A stretch of 64,000 nt of DNA. Source: Bacteroidia bacterium. GTDB taxonomy: Bacteria > Bacteroidota > Bacteroidia > NS11-12g > UBA9320. Position numbers and translations under genes: made by a program. The stretch is from assembly GCA_965216465.1 (NCBI GenBank), contig CBDCFW010000001.1:32001-96000 (forward strand). Direction: 5' to 3'. This document shows positions 1 to 9,807 of this stretch, in pieces. The notes under the pieces were generated by a model. That model ran no database searches. It was not told the DNA's origin and saw nothing but the letters and a program-made list of their open reading frames with translations. Each line of letters starts with the position of its first letter. Positions within the stretch are counted from its first letter, which is position 1.

Positions 1-34
1 TGAACGCAAATTCTTCAAGCTCATAGTGGACTGA
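1..34 (+). CDS. 3' end of a gene entering from the left (…ERKFFKLIVD*)
   Basis: Open frame from position 2 ending in TGA at 32-34 and followed by a bidirectional terminator. The K-hydrophobic C-terminal ending resembles T9SS C-termini. Confidence 0.4.
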   Translation, partial: ERKFFKLIVD

Positions 35-55
35 TAATATCTTACATTGTCTCGT

Positions 56-81
56 AAAAAAAGGCCTCGAAAGAGGCCTTT
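56..81. terminator. Intrinsic terminator, probably bidirectional
   Basis: AAAGGCCTC-GAAA-GAGGCCTTT hairpin with an A-run on the left, between convergent genes. Confidence 0.8.
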
Positions 82-103
82 AAATAAGGTTATTTGTTAA
101 ATA

Positions 104-1360
104 CTAATCAAGTATTACTGTGGTGATATAGCCATATTCATTTGAGTTCCAGTCAGCATGATCAGATACTGATTGACCAACCATTCCAACGGTATAAGTT
201 CCAGCAGCTAAACCGGTTATTACACCATTCATTGCAAATGGTATTCGCGTATTTTGCGGGATTCGTAAGCCATAGGTTCCACCTCCAATTGTACTCGGTG
301 TTGTAGCTGTGCTGCTCTTATATCCAATCCATAATCTTAAATCAGAAGCTCCTCCTGTAGCAGTAGTTCCTAATGATTTAGACACTACAACCATTATCTT
401 TTGACCTGCCGTAATTGTAACGGTTCGCGTAGGGCCAATAAACGCTTTTGTTGCAGTTACTCCACTACCATTTGATGCGGAGTAGGCTGGTGTTGGGTCA
501 TATTTGGATAAATCAATGGTACCAGAACCTCCAGAGATTGACAATGTATTTCCAGAGAGTGCTAAATTTTGAATCTCATTGCTCGCGTCGTCGTCATTAT
601 CAATAGCATAATCTCCTAAATAAACGTGACCGCCATTGCTTAGGTAAAGGGTATCTCCACTAAAGCTGATAGCTTGAATCTCATTTTGTGGATCTGGATC
701 TGTATCAATTTTATAATTACCTAAATAAACTGATCCTCCATTACTTAAGTATAGGGTGTCGTTGTTAAAGCTTAACGCTTGAATTTCATTAGTTGCATCT
801 GCATCATTGTCTATAGCATAATCTCCGAGATAAATTTGACCACCATTGCTTAGATAAAGCGTATCGTTGCTAAAGTTTAATACTTGAATCTCATTTACTG
901 GATCGGCATCGTCATCAATAACATGGTCGATTATAGAAGAGTCTGCTAATTGCGCATGATTACTTGTATTGGAATGCATTGCATAAGGAACACTTAACAA
1001 TTGTGATGTGCCCATTACAGCATACGAAGTACCACCATCAATATCTATGGCTGTTTCGATGAAATAAGGGCCATTAGACCAGTCGATTGCACTAAAGTCA
1101 TCCGTCGTTGTTCCAGTTCCTATATCCATGCTTACCAAGCCAAAGGCGTTTGATGTTGGTCTAAACTCTTCCTGGTAGATTGCTGGTCCTGTAACAGACC
1201 CTTTTAAGATTGACAGTCGAAAACCAACTGCAGTGTTTTTTAAAATGTTGTTTGAGGCATCGCGTACCATTGCTTGATACTTTATCGCCTCGGGTGCCTG
1301 TGCAAAAGCCGCAATTGAGAAACAAAAGAACAGGGTTAGTAATAATGATAACTTTTTCAT
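104..1360 (-). CDS. Secreted surface/fibre-like protein: conserved Bacteroidota N-terminal domain, 35-aa acidic repeats, beta-rich C-terminal domain
   Basis: Signal peptide; N-terminal QAPEAIKYQAMVRD…SQLLSVPYA block typical of Bacteroidota collagen-like/fibre proteins; four DxDxDxxNEIQ repeats. Confidence 0.7.
   Translation of the reverse strand: MKKLSLLLTLFFCFSIAAFAQAPEAIKYQAMVRDASNNILKNTAVGFRLSILKGSVTGPAIYQEEFRPTSNAFGLVSMDIGTGTTTDDFSAIDWSNGPYFIETAIDIDGGTSYAVMGTSQLLSVPYAMHSNTSNHAQLADSSIIDHVIDDDADPVNEIQVLNFSNDTLYLSNGGQIYLGDYAIDNDADATNEIQALSFNNDTLYLSNGGSVYLGNYKIDTDPDPQNEIQAISFSGDTLYLSNGGHVYLGDYAIDNDDDASNEIQNLALSGNTLSISGGSGTIDLSKYDPTPAYSASNGSGVTATKAFIGPTRTVTITAGQKIMVVVSKSLGTTATGGASDLRLWIGYKSSTATTPSTIGGGTYGLRIPQNTRIPFAMNGVITGLAAGTYTVGMVGQSVSDHADWNSNEYGYITTVILD
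560..930 (-). repeat. 105-bp (35-aa) tandem coding repeat, about 4 copies
   Basis: GAAT(C/T)TCATT recurs at 571, 676, 781 and 886; consensus DxDxDxxNEIQxLSFxxDTLYLSNGGxVYLGDYAI. Confidence 0.9.
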
Positions 1361-1362
1361 AA

Positions 1363-1827
1363 TTATTGGATTTTGATAAACTTAATTGATTGAACTTGTT
1401 GAAGGTCTTTCTGAATTAGAATAGAATAGCCTCCTTTAGCTAATTCCTGAACCGGAATTTGTGTAATTGGACCAGATAGGTCTCCCTCTAAGATCAACTT
1501 ACCAAAACTGTCATAAATACGATAACTCAATTGAGTCCACACCTCTGTTTGAAGGTGCAAAACGTCATTTGCAGGATTAGGATAAACAGCGATGTCATAT
1601 GAAGTTATGTACTCCTTTACTCCTACTGTTCTCCACGAAATTTGTTGGAAACCTTGGGTAATAATCGACGACCCATCTGTTTCTGTTGTTGTGACTGTTT
1701 CACCAATGGTAAAATCAAGAATAGCGTCAGAGCTTGAATAAGAATCTCCCTGACTGGCAATCACGTCTTGTGCTGATGCCGAAATACATGCAATTAAAAA
1801 AAAGCATAGAACGAAAAGTTGCTTCAT
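1363..1827 (-). CDS. Small T9SS type A sorting domain-containing protein
   Basis: Signal peptide; TIGE and TQGFQQ motifs; C-terminal VYPNPA…YRIYD..GK…KFIK sorting domain. Confidence 0.85.
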   Translation of the reverse strand: MKQLFVLCFFLIACISASAQDVIASQGDSYSSSDAILDFTIGETVTTTETDGSSIITQGFQQISWRTVGVKEYITSYDIAVYPNPANDVLHLQTEVWTQLSYRIYDSFGKLILEGDLSGPITQIPVQELAKGGYSILIQKDLQQVQSIKFIKIQ

Positions 1828-2027
1828 GGCAATAAGGTTAGTTGGTTAGGACCTTTGAAGTTACCCTTTTTACGATGTTTAAGCAAATTTAACCGCTGAG
1901 AAAATACCTTTCAAAAGCAAGGTTTAGAACTAAACCTCTAGAAATCTGCAAGTTGTCTAAAACTGAGAATTAATCCTAAACTGGTGCTATTCTGTAATTA
2001 CAACGAGAATTTTACTTAGTTTTTAGA

Positions 2028-2576
2028 TTAAGGTATTCTCACATAATCAGACTTAAGAAGTCCAAACACCTGTGAATCTTCGATAGCTTTTTCGGTTTTA
2101 TAATGAGATCGCAGATGACCTTCTTTCTCGAATCCTAGTTTTGATACCAACTTTAGTGAAGCATCGTTTGTGGGAGAAATAAATGCCTCAATTCGATTAA
2201 GATTCATTACATCAAACCCATAGTTCACAACCGCCTTTAGTGCCTCAGTCATTAGTCCTTGTTGCTTAAAGTTATCGTCAACTAAATGATAGCCTATCTC
2301 TGCCCGATGGTGATCAATATACCACGTGTGATATCCGCACCATCCGATTACCGCTTTACTTTCTTTGTCTATCATTTGAAAGAAAAGTATCTTCTTGTTA
2401 AATGTCGTGAAACCTCCCTTGTGTCTAAAAATAGCCGTTTCTAATTCTTTCGTGCTTTTGGTCCCTAGAAACTTAATAAGATCAACCGTTTCATAGTTCT
2501 CATGAACAAAGTTCAATACATTTTCGTCTACTTTACGCAGTAGTAGTCGAGATGTTTCTAAATAACTGAATTCCAT
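2028..2576 (-). CDS. GNAT N-acetyltransferase, RimJ/RimL family
   Basis: LETSRLLLR, RAEIGY, QQGLMTEAL, N.ASLKLVSKLGFEKEG motifs. Confidence 0.85.
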   Translation of the reverse strand: MEFSYLETSRLLLRKVDENVLNFVHENYETVDLIKFLGTKSTKELETAIFRHKGGFTTFNKKILFFQMIDKESKAVIGWCGYHTWYIDHHRAEIGYHLVDDNFKQQGLMTEALKAVVNYGFDVMNLNRIEAFISPTNDASLKLVSKLGFEKEGHLRSHYKTEKAIEDSQVFGLLKSDYVRIP

Positions 2577-2585
2577 GCCTGCACG

Positions 2586-3911
2586 TTAATTTATTCTTTC
2601 GTTCATTTGTTCTAATGACACTCCCTTTGTTTCAGGAACTTTAAGTTTAACCCATACCAATTGCAACATCATCATCAACGCAAAGAATCCAAAAATATAA
2701 GCGGGTTGAACACGCTCAACTACTATTGGAAATACTAAGGTTAGACTTGCAGCAAATAACCAATGGGTAAAGCTTCCCAAAGCTTGACCACTTGAACGAT
2801 GTTTGTTTGGAAATATCTCCCCAATAAAAACCCAAATTACGGCTCCCTGTCCTACTGCATGAGCCGCTATAAATGCAAAGATGCAATACGGAACAATGCC
2901 GAAATATTCAAAATGAAAAGCCCAAGCACAAAGTCCTAGTGACAAAATGTATCCAACAGAACCTAGATACAATAACGTCTTTCTACCCCAATGATCAATT
3001 AACCGTAGGCCTACCAGTGTAAAAACTAAATTAACTGCTCCTATGCCAATAGATTGTAGTAGTGCTGATGATGCTCCTAATCCTGTTAGTTCAAAGATTC
3101 GAGGTGCGAAGTAGAGTATGGCATTAATACCCGACAACTGGTTAAATACAGCAATCAGGATAGCCAATGAAATAGGTTTCACCAACGCCTTACTGAAAAA
3201 GCCAGCTTTTTCTTGGCTCTGGTCGCTTGATTTTCGAATTTCATCAACAATTAGGTTCACCTCATGTTCTGAAGCAAATGGATTTATTCTTTGGAGTGTT
3301 TGGGTTGCTTTACTGAGGTCTCTTTGGTTTACTATTAACCATCTTGGACTTTCAGGAAGACCTATGGTCAAAAACACATAGGCAATGGCTGGTACGGCTT
3401 CCACACCTAACATCCATCTCCAGGCTGTACTTCCCACCTCACCTAGCAGAGCATTCGACAAGAAGGCGAGTAATATTCCAAGAACTATATTGAATTGGAA
3501 CAAACCTGTAAGCCTTCCTCGCTCTTTAGCTGGGGCAATTTCTGATATAAACAATGGTGCCGCTACTGTTGAAACACCTATGCCTAATCCACCTAAGAAT
3601 CGAAATAGCATGAAAGAGTATACCTCAGGAGCTAAGGCAGAGCCAATGGCTGATATCAGATACAAGAAGCCAATTAGTATTAAAGTTTTTCTACGGCCGA
3701 GCTTTTCTGAAGGTAATCCTCCAACCAAAGCACCAAACAATGTGCCCCACAATGCCATGCTAATTGCTAATCCGTGCATTCCTCCGCTTAGTTGCCAAAG
3801 TGACTGAATAGTTTGCTCAGCCCCGGAGATTACCACGGTATCGAACCCAAACAACAATCCCGCTAATGAAGCAACGGCTGCACTTTTATATACGTGTACG
3901 TGTTTTTTCAT
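2586..3911 (-). CDS. Sugar porter family MFS transporter
   Basis: GLLFGFDTVVISGA, GRR, ISEIAP..RG, PESPRWL, QLSGINAILYF, PETKG motifs; ATGA overlap with the GH28 stop. Confidence 0.93.
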   Translation of the reverse strand: MKKHVHVYKSAAVASLAGLLFGFDTVVISGAEQTIQSLWQLSGGMHGLAISMALWGTLFGALVGGLPSEKLGRRKTLILIGFLYLISAIGSALAPEVYSFMLFRFLGGLGIGVSTVAAPLFISEIAPAKERGRLTGLFQFNIVLGILLAFLSNALLGEVGSTAWRWMLGVEAVPAIAYVFLTIGLPESPRWLIVNQRDLSKATQTLQRINPFASEHEVNLIVDEIRKSSDQSQEKAGFFSKALVKPISLAILIAVFNQLSGINAILYFAPRIFELTGLGASSALLQSIGIGAVNLVFTLVGLRLIDHWGRKTLLYLGSVGYILSLGLCAWAFHFEYFGIVPYCIFAFIAAHAVGQGAVIWVFIGEIFPNKHRSSGQALGSFTHWLFAASLTLVFPIVVERVQPAYIFGFFALMMMLQLVWVKLKVPETKGVSLEQMNERIN

Positions 3912-5371
3912 TTGGCTTTGGAGTTATGCAAAAAGATTGGAGAAGGCTTGGTATCTCCCTTTATTTTATAATCTTGGATCTCAAAATTGCTTACATCGTC
4001 AAATACAATTGCTGGCCGATAATCGTTGTTACGAACTTTCAGTTTAAGGTTAGTGATTGATAACCCTTCAGCATGCCGAACATACAAACCCCAAGCGGGC
4101 AACTCACCAAACATTGAAAATTCAGGGTAATCTCCAGGCAATTCGGGAACGTCTTCAACACGATCAAGAGGTAGGTTAGCGTATGCCATGTGGCCCCTAC
4201 CCGGATAAATTATGCTAATGTTTTCAAGCCTAACATTTTGAATGTTGTAACCCGGAAGTCCAGTTATCGATGAAGGAATAGTATTGTGAAAACCTGGAAC
4301 TACTGGTCCTCTTATTCTATAATATTCATCAGGTGCATGAAACGGAACTTTCACTTTTAAATTTCGAATGACTACATTTTTTAGCGTACCGGGTTGCTTT
4401 GCATTTCTAATCTGTCCGATTCTGAGAAAGAGAGCATTACCTGTATTCTTCGCCCTAATATTCTCAATAAGAATATCTTCCAAAACACCTCCCTGAACGG
4501 CTTCAATCGCAATAGCCGAACGATACGTGTCAAATATTCGAATGTCGTGAATATGTACATTTCTGATGGCACTAACCGATGACGTTCCAAATTTTATTGC
4601 ACTACCGCTCGAACGAATTTTGCAGTTGGCAATTATTATACTGTCGCAATATTCTGTTAAATTCCACTCTTCTGATTTAAGGCAGATACCATCGTCTGAA
4701 GCATTGATATACGAGTTAGTAACCGATACATTTCTACAATCCAGAATATCGAGGCCATCATTGTTCCAATAAGCATCACTATCTACCCAAATGTCATCAA
4801 TTTTAATATTCGTACATTGCTCATAGGTTTGAACCCAACTGGCTGAGTTTCTTATTCGCACTCCAGTAACTTGGATGTTATGGCATTGCATAAACTCAAT
4901 AATTTGTGGACGAATTTGCTCTCTCACCCTTTTTTCTGGAAAGCTGTATTGAGAACTATCAAATCTTCCAGCATAAAACATACTATCCATTTTGAGTGCG
5001 AGTTCAGCACCTTGTCCGTCAATCGTACCTTTGCCAGAAATAGCTACATCTTTTTGTCCATCTGCCAAGATTAAAGCGTTCCAACGGTTCAGACTTTTAT
5101 AGTCATCGAAGTTTGTACTTCCTAATAAATAACCTCCCTTTTCAATATGAAGCTCAACCCCTGAACGTAGAATGATGCTTCCGGTTAGGAATTCTCCTTT
5201 AGGCACTATTACCCTACCTCCTGATTTAGCAACTTGATCTATCGCTTTCTGGATGAATGACGTATTTAGGGTTTGACCATCGCCAACAGCCCCATAATCA
5301 ACAATATTGAGGTCTTGTGCTTGGGTTAAACTAAAAAGAGATAGTAGTAATGTCAGTAAGATTGTTCTCAT
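3908..5371 (-). CDS. Glycoside hydrolase family 28 (polygalacturonase-like)
   Basis: YGAVGDGQTLNTSFIQKAID, G.GTIDGQG, NNDGLD, SDDGICLKS beta-helix motifs; start moved to ATG 5371, which gives a signal peptide. Confidence 0.88.
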   Translation of the reverse strand: MRTILLTLLLSLFSLTQAQDLNIVDYGAVGDGQTLNTSFIQKAIDQVAKSGGRVIVPKGEFLTGSIILRSGVELHIEKGGYLLGSTNFDDYKSLNRWNALILADGQKDVAISGKGTIDGQGAELALKMDSMFYAGRFDSSQYSFPEKRVREQIRPQIIEFMQCHNIQVTGVRIRNSASWVQTYEQCTNIKIDDIWVDSDAYWNNDGLDILDCRNVSVTNSYINASDDGICLKSEEWNLTEYCDSIIIANCKIRSSGSAIKFGTSSVSAIRNVHIHDIRIFDTYRSAIAIEAVQGGVLEDILIENIRAKNTGNALFLRIGQIRNAKQPGTLKNVVIRNLKVKVPFHAPDEYYRIRGPVVPGFHNTIPSSITGLPGYNIQNVRLENISIIYPGRGHMAYANLPLDRVEDVPELPGDYPEFSMFGELPAWGLYVRHAEGLSITNLKLKVRNNDYRPAIVFDDVSNFEIQDYKIKGDTKPSPIFLHNSKAK

Positions 5372-5494
5372 TCTAAGCGAAATACTCGTTTTGATTTGCA
5401 AGTTAATCAATATTTCAAATTTGAGAGTTTGTAATTATTTCATGTTATGAGTTGGTATTAATGAACTTGCACGACAACCAAACGAGGATTAGAT

Positions 5495-6436
5495 TTGTAT
5501 AACTTGAACAGGCTACTTTTCATATGGATTCTTGCAACAAGCTTATTTTTTGTGCCCAGCTGTAGCAATACGAAGAAAGCAGACCCACTTGATGCGGTGC
5601 GTTCACACGCGCTGCTAGCAAGTCGTTTCAAGGATTTAGCAGACTTTGAAAAAGTTGTATCTATCGCTTATTATGGCGATTCACTCTTGTCTGATAGCCT
5701 TAATACACGGCACTCTAAGGTCATTTTGAGCTATACCAGTAATGGTCAGCAAGTAGAAAGTGTTTTGGAATCGGGTGTAAGTCAAAAAGATATTTTAGAC
5801 ATAAAGAAAGGTTCTGAATGGGATAAAACCTTGTTTGTTATAAACACGCCATATGCAGTAAGAAGCCGTATTGAACTAAGTCAAATTTACATGCTTGCTC
5901 GAAGGCGGTTTCACTTGTTTGGAGAAGGGGATGTTGCATTTTTTGATTTGGCACAAGCTGCGGTAAATAAAATTGCCGATCCAAAGCTTGCGTGCATTGA
6001 GCGAAGAGATAGTTCAGAAAAGGGATATATAAACACATTTAACCATGTTACCGCACAGGCATTAATAACGAGTTTGTTTTCAGAAGAAGCTGCAGACTTT
6101 CTTGCAGATGCACACGAGCGGCACGCGATGCCATCGCTGACTACTGGAGTATTTTCGCAGCAAGAGCTTACTGATACGAATAATTATCCGTTAGATAACT
6201 ATGTCGATATGATTAATAACGAAATTGGACAAGAACTCGGTTTGGCGTTAAAACATAAGTATAAAATCTCTCCTAGTACAGTTTGGACTCCCTCCTTATT
6301 ATCGGAATACTTGAATGATTTGCAAAGCTATTATCAATGGTCATTAGGCATCAGATTGAAGCCTTTTAGTGCTGAAGAAGAACTTATGGAACGCTTTGCA
6401 AATAAAATTAACGCGGTTAAAGGTGGAATTTACTAA
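5495..6436 (+). CDS. Hypothetical lipoprotein with a DUF6973-like C-terminal domain
   Basis: Lipobox VPSC; NTFNH…ADAHE…DMINNEIG pattern. Confidence 0.55.
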   Translation: MYNLNRLLFIWILATSLFFVPSCSNTKKADPLDAVRSHALLASRFKDLADFEKVVSIAYYGDSLLSDSLNTRHSKVILSYTSNGQQVESVLESGVSQKDILDIKKGSEWDKTLFVINTPYAVRSRIELSQIYMLARRRFHLFGEGDVAFFDLAQAAVNKIADPKLACIERRDSSEKGYINTFNHVTAQALITSLFSEEAADFLADAHERHAMPSLTTGVFSQQELTDTNNYPLDNYVDMINNEIGQELGLALKHKYKISPSTVWTPSLLSEYLNDLQSYYQWSLGIRLKPFSAEEELMERFANKINAVKGGIY

Positions 6437-6462
6437 TCAGACGTAGCAATTAATTTAAGCGC

Positions 6463-7677
6463 TTAATTGTCGGTAACGTCTGCTCTAAGAAAGTACAGCA
6501 CGGTTGAATCAATCGTTAAGGAATCTGATTCAACAACATAGTTCTGTTCCAACTGTTCTAAACCCTCATTTTGGAAAGATGCTGTCTTTAAGCTGCTCAT
6601 CCAACTAGAATCTATTTGAACATCTTTCATATTTGCGTCTTGAAGTTTAGTTCTCTTAATAATACCATTTTCTAAGCTACTGTTCTGTAAATCAGCTTTG
6701 GTGAAATCCACTCCAGACATGTCTGTTTCAGCCATGTTTGAGTTTGAAAGAATGCTTGCTTGTAAATTGGTCCAATGTAGATGTGCTCCCTCTAAATTAG
6801 CTCCGGTTAGGTCTGCATTCGAAATATCTGCACCATCCAAATTCGCTTCGATCAAGCTCGCTGAATCGAGTTGCACCCACTTCATTTTGGCTCTTTTAAA
6901 ATCTGCTTGATTTAGGTTAGTGCCTCCCAAGTCTACTCCTTCCAATATTGCAAATTGAAGATTTGTGTTAGACAGGTCACATGCTAATAATTTTGATCCT
7001 ACCCAATAACTCTGATACAAATTCGCACCACTCAAATCAAAGTTTACCAGCTCAGCATCAGGAACATATGCATACGCAAAAGATACTTGTTCCTTTATCT
7101 TTTGAAATGAAGTATCATTCATACGTAGACTTAATAAGCTTAACAACAATTGTCCTCTTTCTGGACTGAAATAGACTACTCCTGTATCGGTATTATGGCT
7201 AACATATGGCTTAAAATAGCGATTGAGGTTTACCAACTGTTCATGGCTAAGAGCACTAATTGCTCGATTAGGACTAGATTCAACCTCATCTTCTACCTTG
7301 TTTAGAACTGCTTTCATGAGCGTCATAACGTGTCCTTGTTGTAATGAGTCAATAGTCCGTTGTTGAATTGCGAGTGTTTCAGATTGCTCATTCACTTCAT
7401 TTCGTAGAGCGTTATTTTTACCTTGTAGAACAGCTGCTATTCCGAGAATTCCGATTATTAAAATGCTAACAATTGTAGAATTTTTCTTTCGCTCAACTTT
7501 GGCCTCCTTTTTTGGCCACATCAAGATCCACAGTGCAAATAATAAGGTTACTCCCCCTATGAAGCCTACCCAAAATGAGTACTGCAATTCAATGTATGGT
7601 ACGCGTATATAACCGAGTACCCAACCCAACACTAAAAAAAATAAGAGAGCTATTATTCGAAGTAGTTTTCGATTCAC
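6463..7677 (-). CDS. Membrane-anchored pentapeptide repeat protein
   Basis: Three N-terminal hydrophobic helices, a coiled coil, then A(N/D)LxG-type pentapeptide repeats. Confidence 0.85.
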   Translation of the reverse strand: MNRKLLRIIALLFFLVLGWVLGYIRVPYIELQYSFWVGFIGGVTLLFALWILMWPKKEAKVERKKNSTIVSILIIGILGIAAVLQGKNNALRNEVNEQSETLAIQQRTIDSLQQGHVMTLMKAVLNKVEDEVESSPNRAISALSHEQLVNLNRYFKPYVSHNTDTGVVYFSPERGQLLLSLLSLRMNDTSFQKIKEQVSFAYAYVPDAELVNFDLSGANLYQSYWVGSKLLACDLSNTNLQFAILEGVDLGGTNLNQADFKRAKMKWVQLDSASLIEANLDGADISNADLTGANLEGAHLHWTNLQASILSNSNMAETDMSGVDFTKADLQNSSLENGIIKRTKLQDANMKDVQIDSSWMSSLKTASFQNEGLEQLEQNYVVESDSLTIDSTVLYFLRADVTDN

Positions 7678-7744
7678 GTGGTAAAGATAATGTTATTGAA
7701 CAATAGGTAATTGCATAGCCACCATTAATGCTTATTTTTACTTC

Positions 7745-9748
7745 ATGAAAATGAAGTATTTGCTACTTATAGTTGCTTTTCCATTGCTTATTTTATTAGG
7801 ATGTGCTGATTCAAGCACAGAATCAACCGCAGAAACAGAAACCTTCTATCCTACCTCAAAGCCAGGAACACGGTGGTGGTGGTTCGCTACGAAAATAAAA
7901 GAAGGAGATGTTAAACATCAACTTGATTGGGCCAAGGAAAACAATTTTGGTGCAGTAGAAATAGCATGGGTTTACCCTCTTTATCGCTATCAAAAGATGT
8001 ATGCTCGAGAATTTGGAAGATACTACCCAGAAGATTCTTCAGCTCAAGAGTGGCTGAGCGAAGAGTGGACAGACATTGTTGCATATACCAAGCGCTATGC
8101 TGATTCGATTGGCATTGCTTGCGACTTTACCTTTGGAAGTGCATGGCCTGTTGCAGGAAGTAACGTTGAAAAAAAGAATTGGACACAGATTTACGGCGAC
8201 ACTTCATTTCATCAGAAATTGACCTTTGCATGGTCCTACCCTACTGTTGAACACGTAATTGATCATCTAAACAAAGAAGCTTTTGCTCAATTCTCACAAC
8301 CCGTTGGTGATGCACTCGCTCCGGCATTAGAAGGCACAAAGTCTGCACTATTCACTGATTCTTGGGAGATTAAGCTTAATGCTACCAATAAGATTTGGAC
8401 TCAAGGATTCGATTCTACCTTCAAGATTGCTTTCGGTTACGATATAATTCCCTATATGGAGCAAGGTATAGACTCATTTCCAGATGTTCGGTACGACTAC
8501 ATGATGCATTTAGATGAATATGTCACTAACGGATTTTATATCCCTTATGTTGAGAAATGCAAGGAATTGGGTGCTTGGTCTCGGGTTCAATGTTTGGCTT
8601 CACCAACAGATGTTATGACCACCTACAGTTTGGTTGACATACCTGAAACAGAATCTATGCTAAACAACCCAAACTATTCAAGAATTGTTAGTTCATCTGC
8701 ATGTTTAGCTTCGAAGCCCATGGTGTCAAGTGAAACCTTTACCTGCATGTATGGATTTCCGAGTACATATTTTAGGGAGGAACAAATGGCAGATTTAAAA
8801 ATGGTCGCAGATGCGATGTTCTCACAAGGAGTTAACCAACACTTTTATCACGGTATGCCTTTTAATCCAGCTGGTTCTGATAGTGTTTACTTTTTTGCAA
8901 CAACCTATTTTGGTCCAAACGGCAGTCTCAGTGAAGAACTCCCTGCATTCAATGCCTATATGGAAAAAGTTTCAGGTTATCTTCAATCTGGGAAGACCTA
9001 TAGTGATGTAGCGGTATATATCCCTTATGAGGATGGAGTAATGAAGGGAGCTTATCCACCAGAGCGTCAACGTGTATGGGTATGGGGTGAATACGAAATG
9101 CGTTACATCTACACCCCAGAGGAGTTAGAAGGTTATCATCCACTTTGGATAAATCGGCACTTTTTGGAAAAGGCCAACTTCAAGAATGGCTTGTTAACTG
9201 TAGGGGATGCGTCTTTTTCCAGCTTATACGTAGACGTAAAATTTATGGATGTTCGAGCTCTGGAACGTATACATGAACTAGCAACTCAGGGCTTACCTAT
9301 TTGTATAAAGCAAAATCCTAAACAACCAGGAGTAAATAAATCACCTGCCTACAAAAAATTACTCAAAGAGCTGCAAAGCCTAAAAAATGTTTCTTCAGAA
9401 GTCACTCAGGTTATCGGAGATAAACCTCTGATACATGGTGACAATCTTCCTCAATATTGGGCAAGGGTTTTAGATGATGGAAGTATGTACTTATTCTTGG
9501 CCCAATCGTCATCGAAAAATATTGTTTATCCAATTTATTCGGGTCAATCACATATGAAAGAATCTGAATATAAGGAGCTTACCTTTAACTACAACGGACA
9601 TAATATTTCTCAAACCATTGAGTTTAAGCCTTATCAGTCCGTCATGTTAAAGATTTCGCCTGATGGAGAAATTTCTACCGTAGATATTTCATTTATACCT
9701 AAAGATCCTATAATTCGAGAACGCGAGCCACAAAGGATGCATTTCTAA
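7745..9748 (+). CDS. Glycoside hydrolase family 106 (alpha-L-rhamnosidase-like) lipoprotein
   Basis: Lipobox LLGC; PGTRWWW, GAVEI, FTDSWE, SSETFT, GVNQHFYHG motifs. Confidence 0.75.
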   Translation: MKMKYLLLIVAFPLLILLGCADSSTESTAETETFYPTSKPGTRWWWFATKIKEGDVKHQLDWAKENNFGAVEIAWVYPLYRYQKMYAREFGRYYPEDSSAQEWLSEEWTDIVAYTKRYADSIGIACDFTFGSAWPVAGSNVEKKNWTQIYGDTSFHQKLTFAWSYPTVEHVIDHLNKEAFAQFSQPVGDALAPALEGTKSALFTDSWEIKLNATNKIWTQGFDSTFKIAFGYDIIPYMEQGIDSFPDVRYDYMMHLDEYVTNGFYIPYVEKCKELGAWSRVQCLASPTDVMTTYSLVDIPETESMLNNPNYSRIVSSSACLASKPMVSSETFTCMYGFPSTYFREEQMADLKMVADAMFSQGVNQHFYHGMPFNPAGSDSVYFFATTYFGPNGSLSEELPAFNAYMEKVSGYLQSGKTYSDVAVYIPYEDGVMKGAYPPERQRVWVWGEYEMRYIYTPEELEGYHPLWINRHFLEKANFKNGLLTVGDASFSSLYVDVKFMDVRALERIHELATQGLPICIKQNPKQPGVNKSPAYKKLLKELQSLKNVSSEVTQVIGDKPLIHGDNLPQYWARVLDDGSMYLFLAQSSSKNIVYPIYSGQSHMKESEYKELTFNYNGHNISQTIEFKPYQSVMLKISPDGEISTVDISFIPKDPIIREREPQRMHF

Positions 9749-9807
9749 TTTTGGCAGCATAGTTGTATATTCACAACGTACTAACTATAATTTGTTTTTA
9801 AGACTGT

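Noticed and set aside
3118-5074. Small overlapping ORFs within the sugar porter and GH28 genes, and similar short ORFs throughout the window
   Set aside because: They lie antisense or off-frame inside well-supported genes and show no recognisable motifs.
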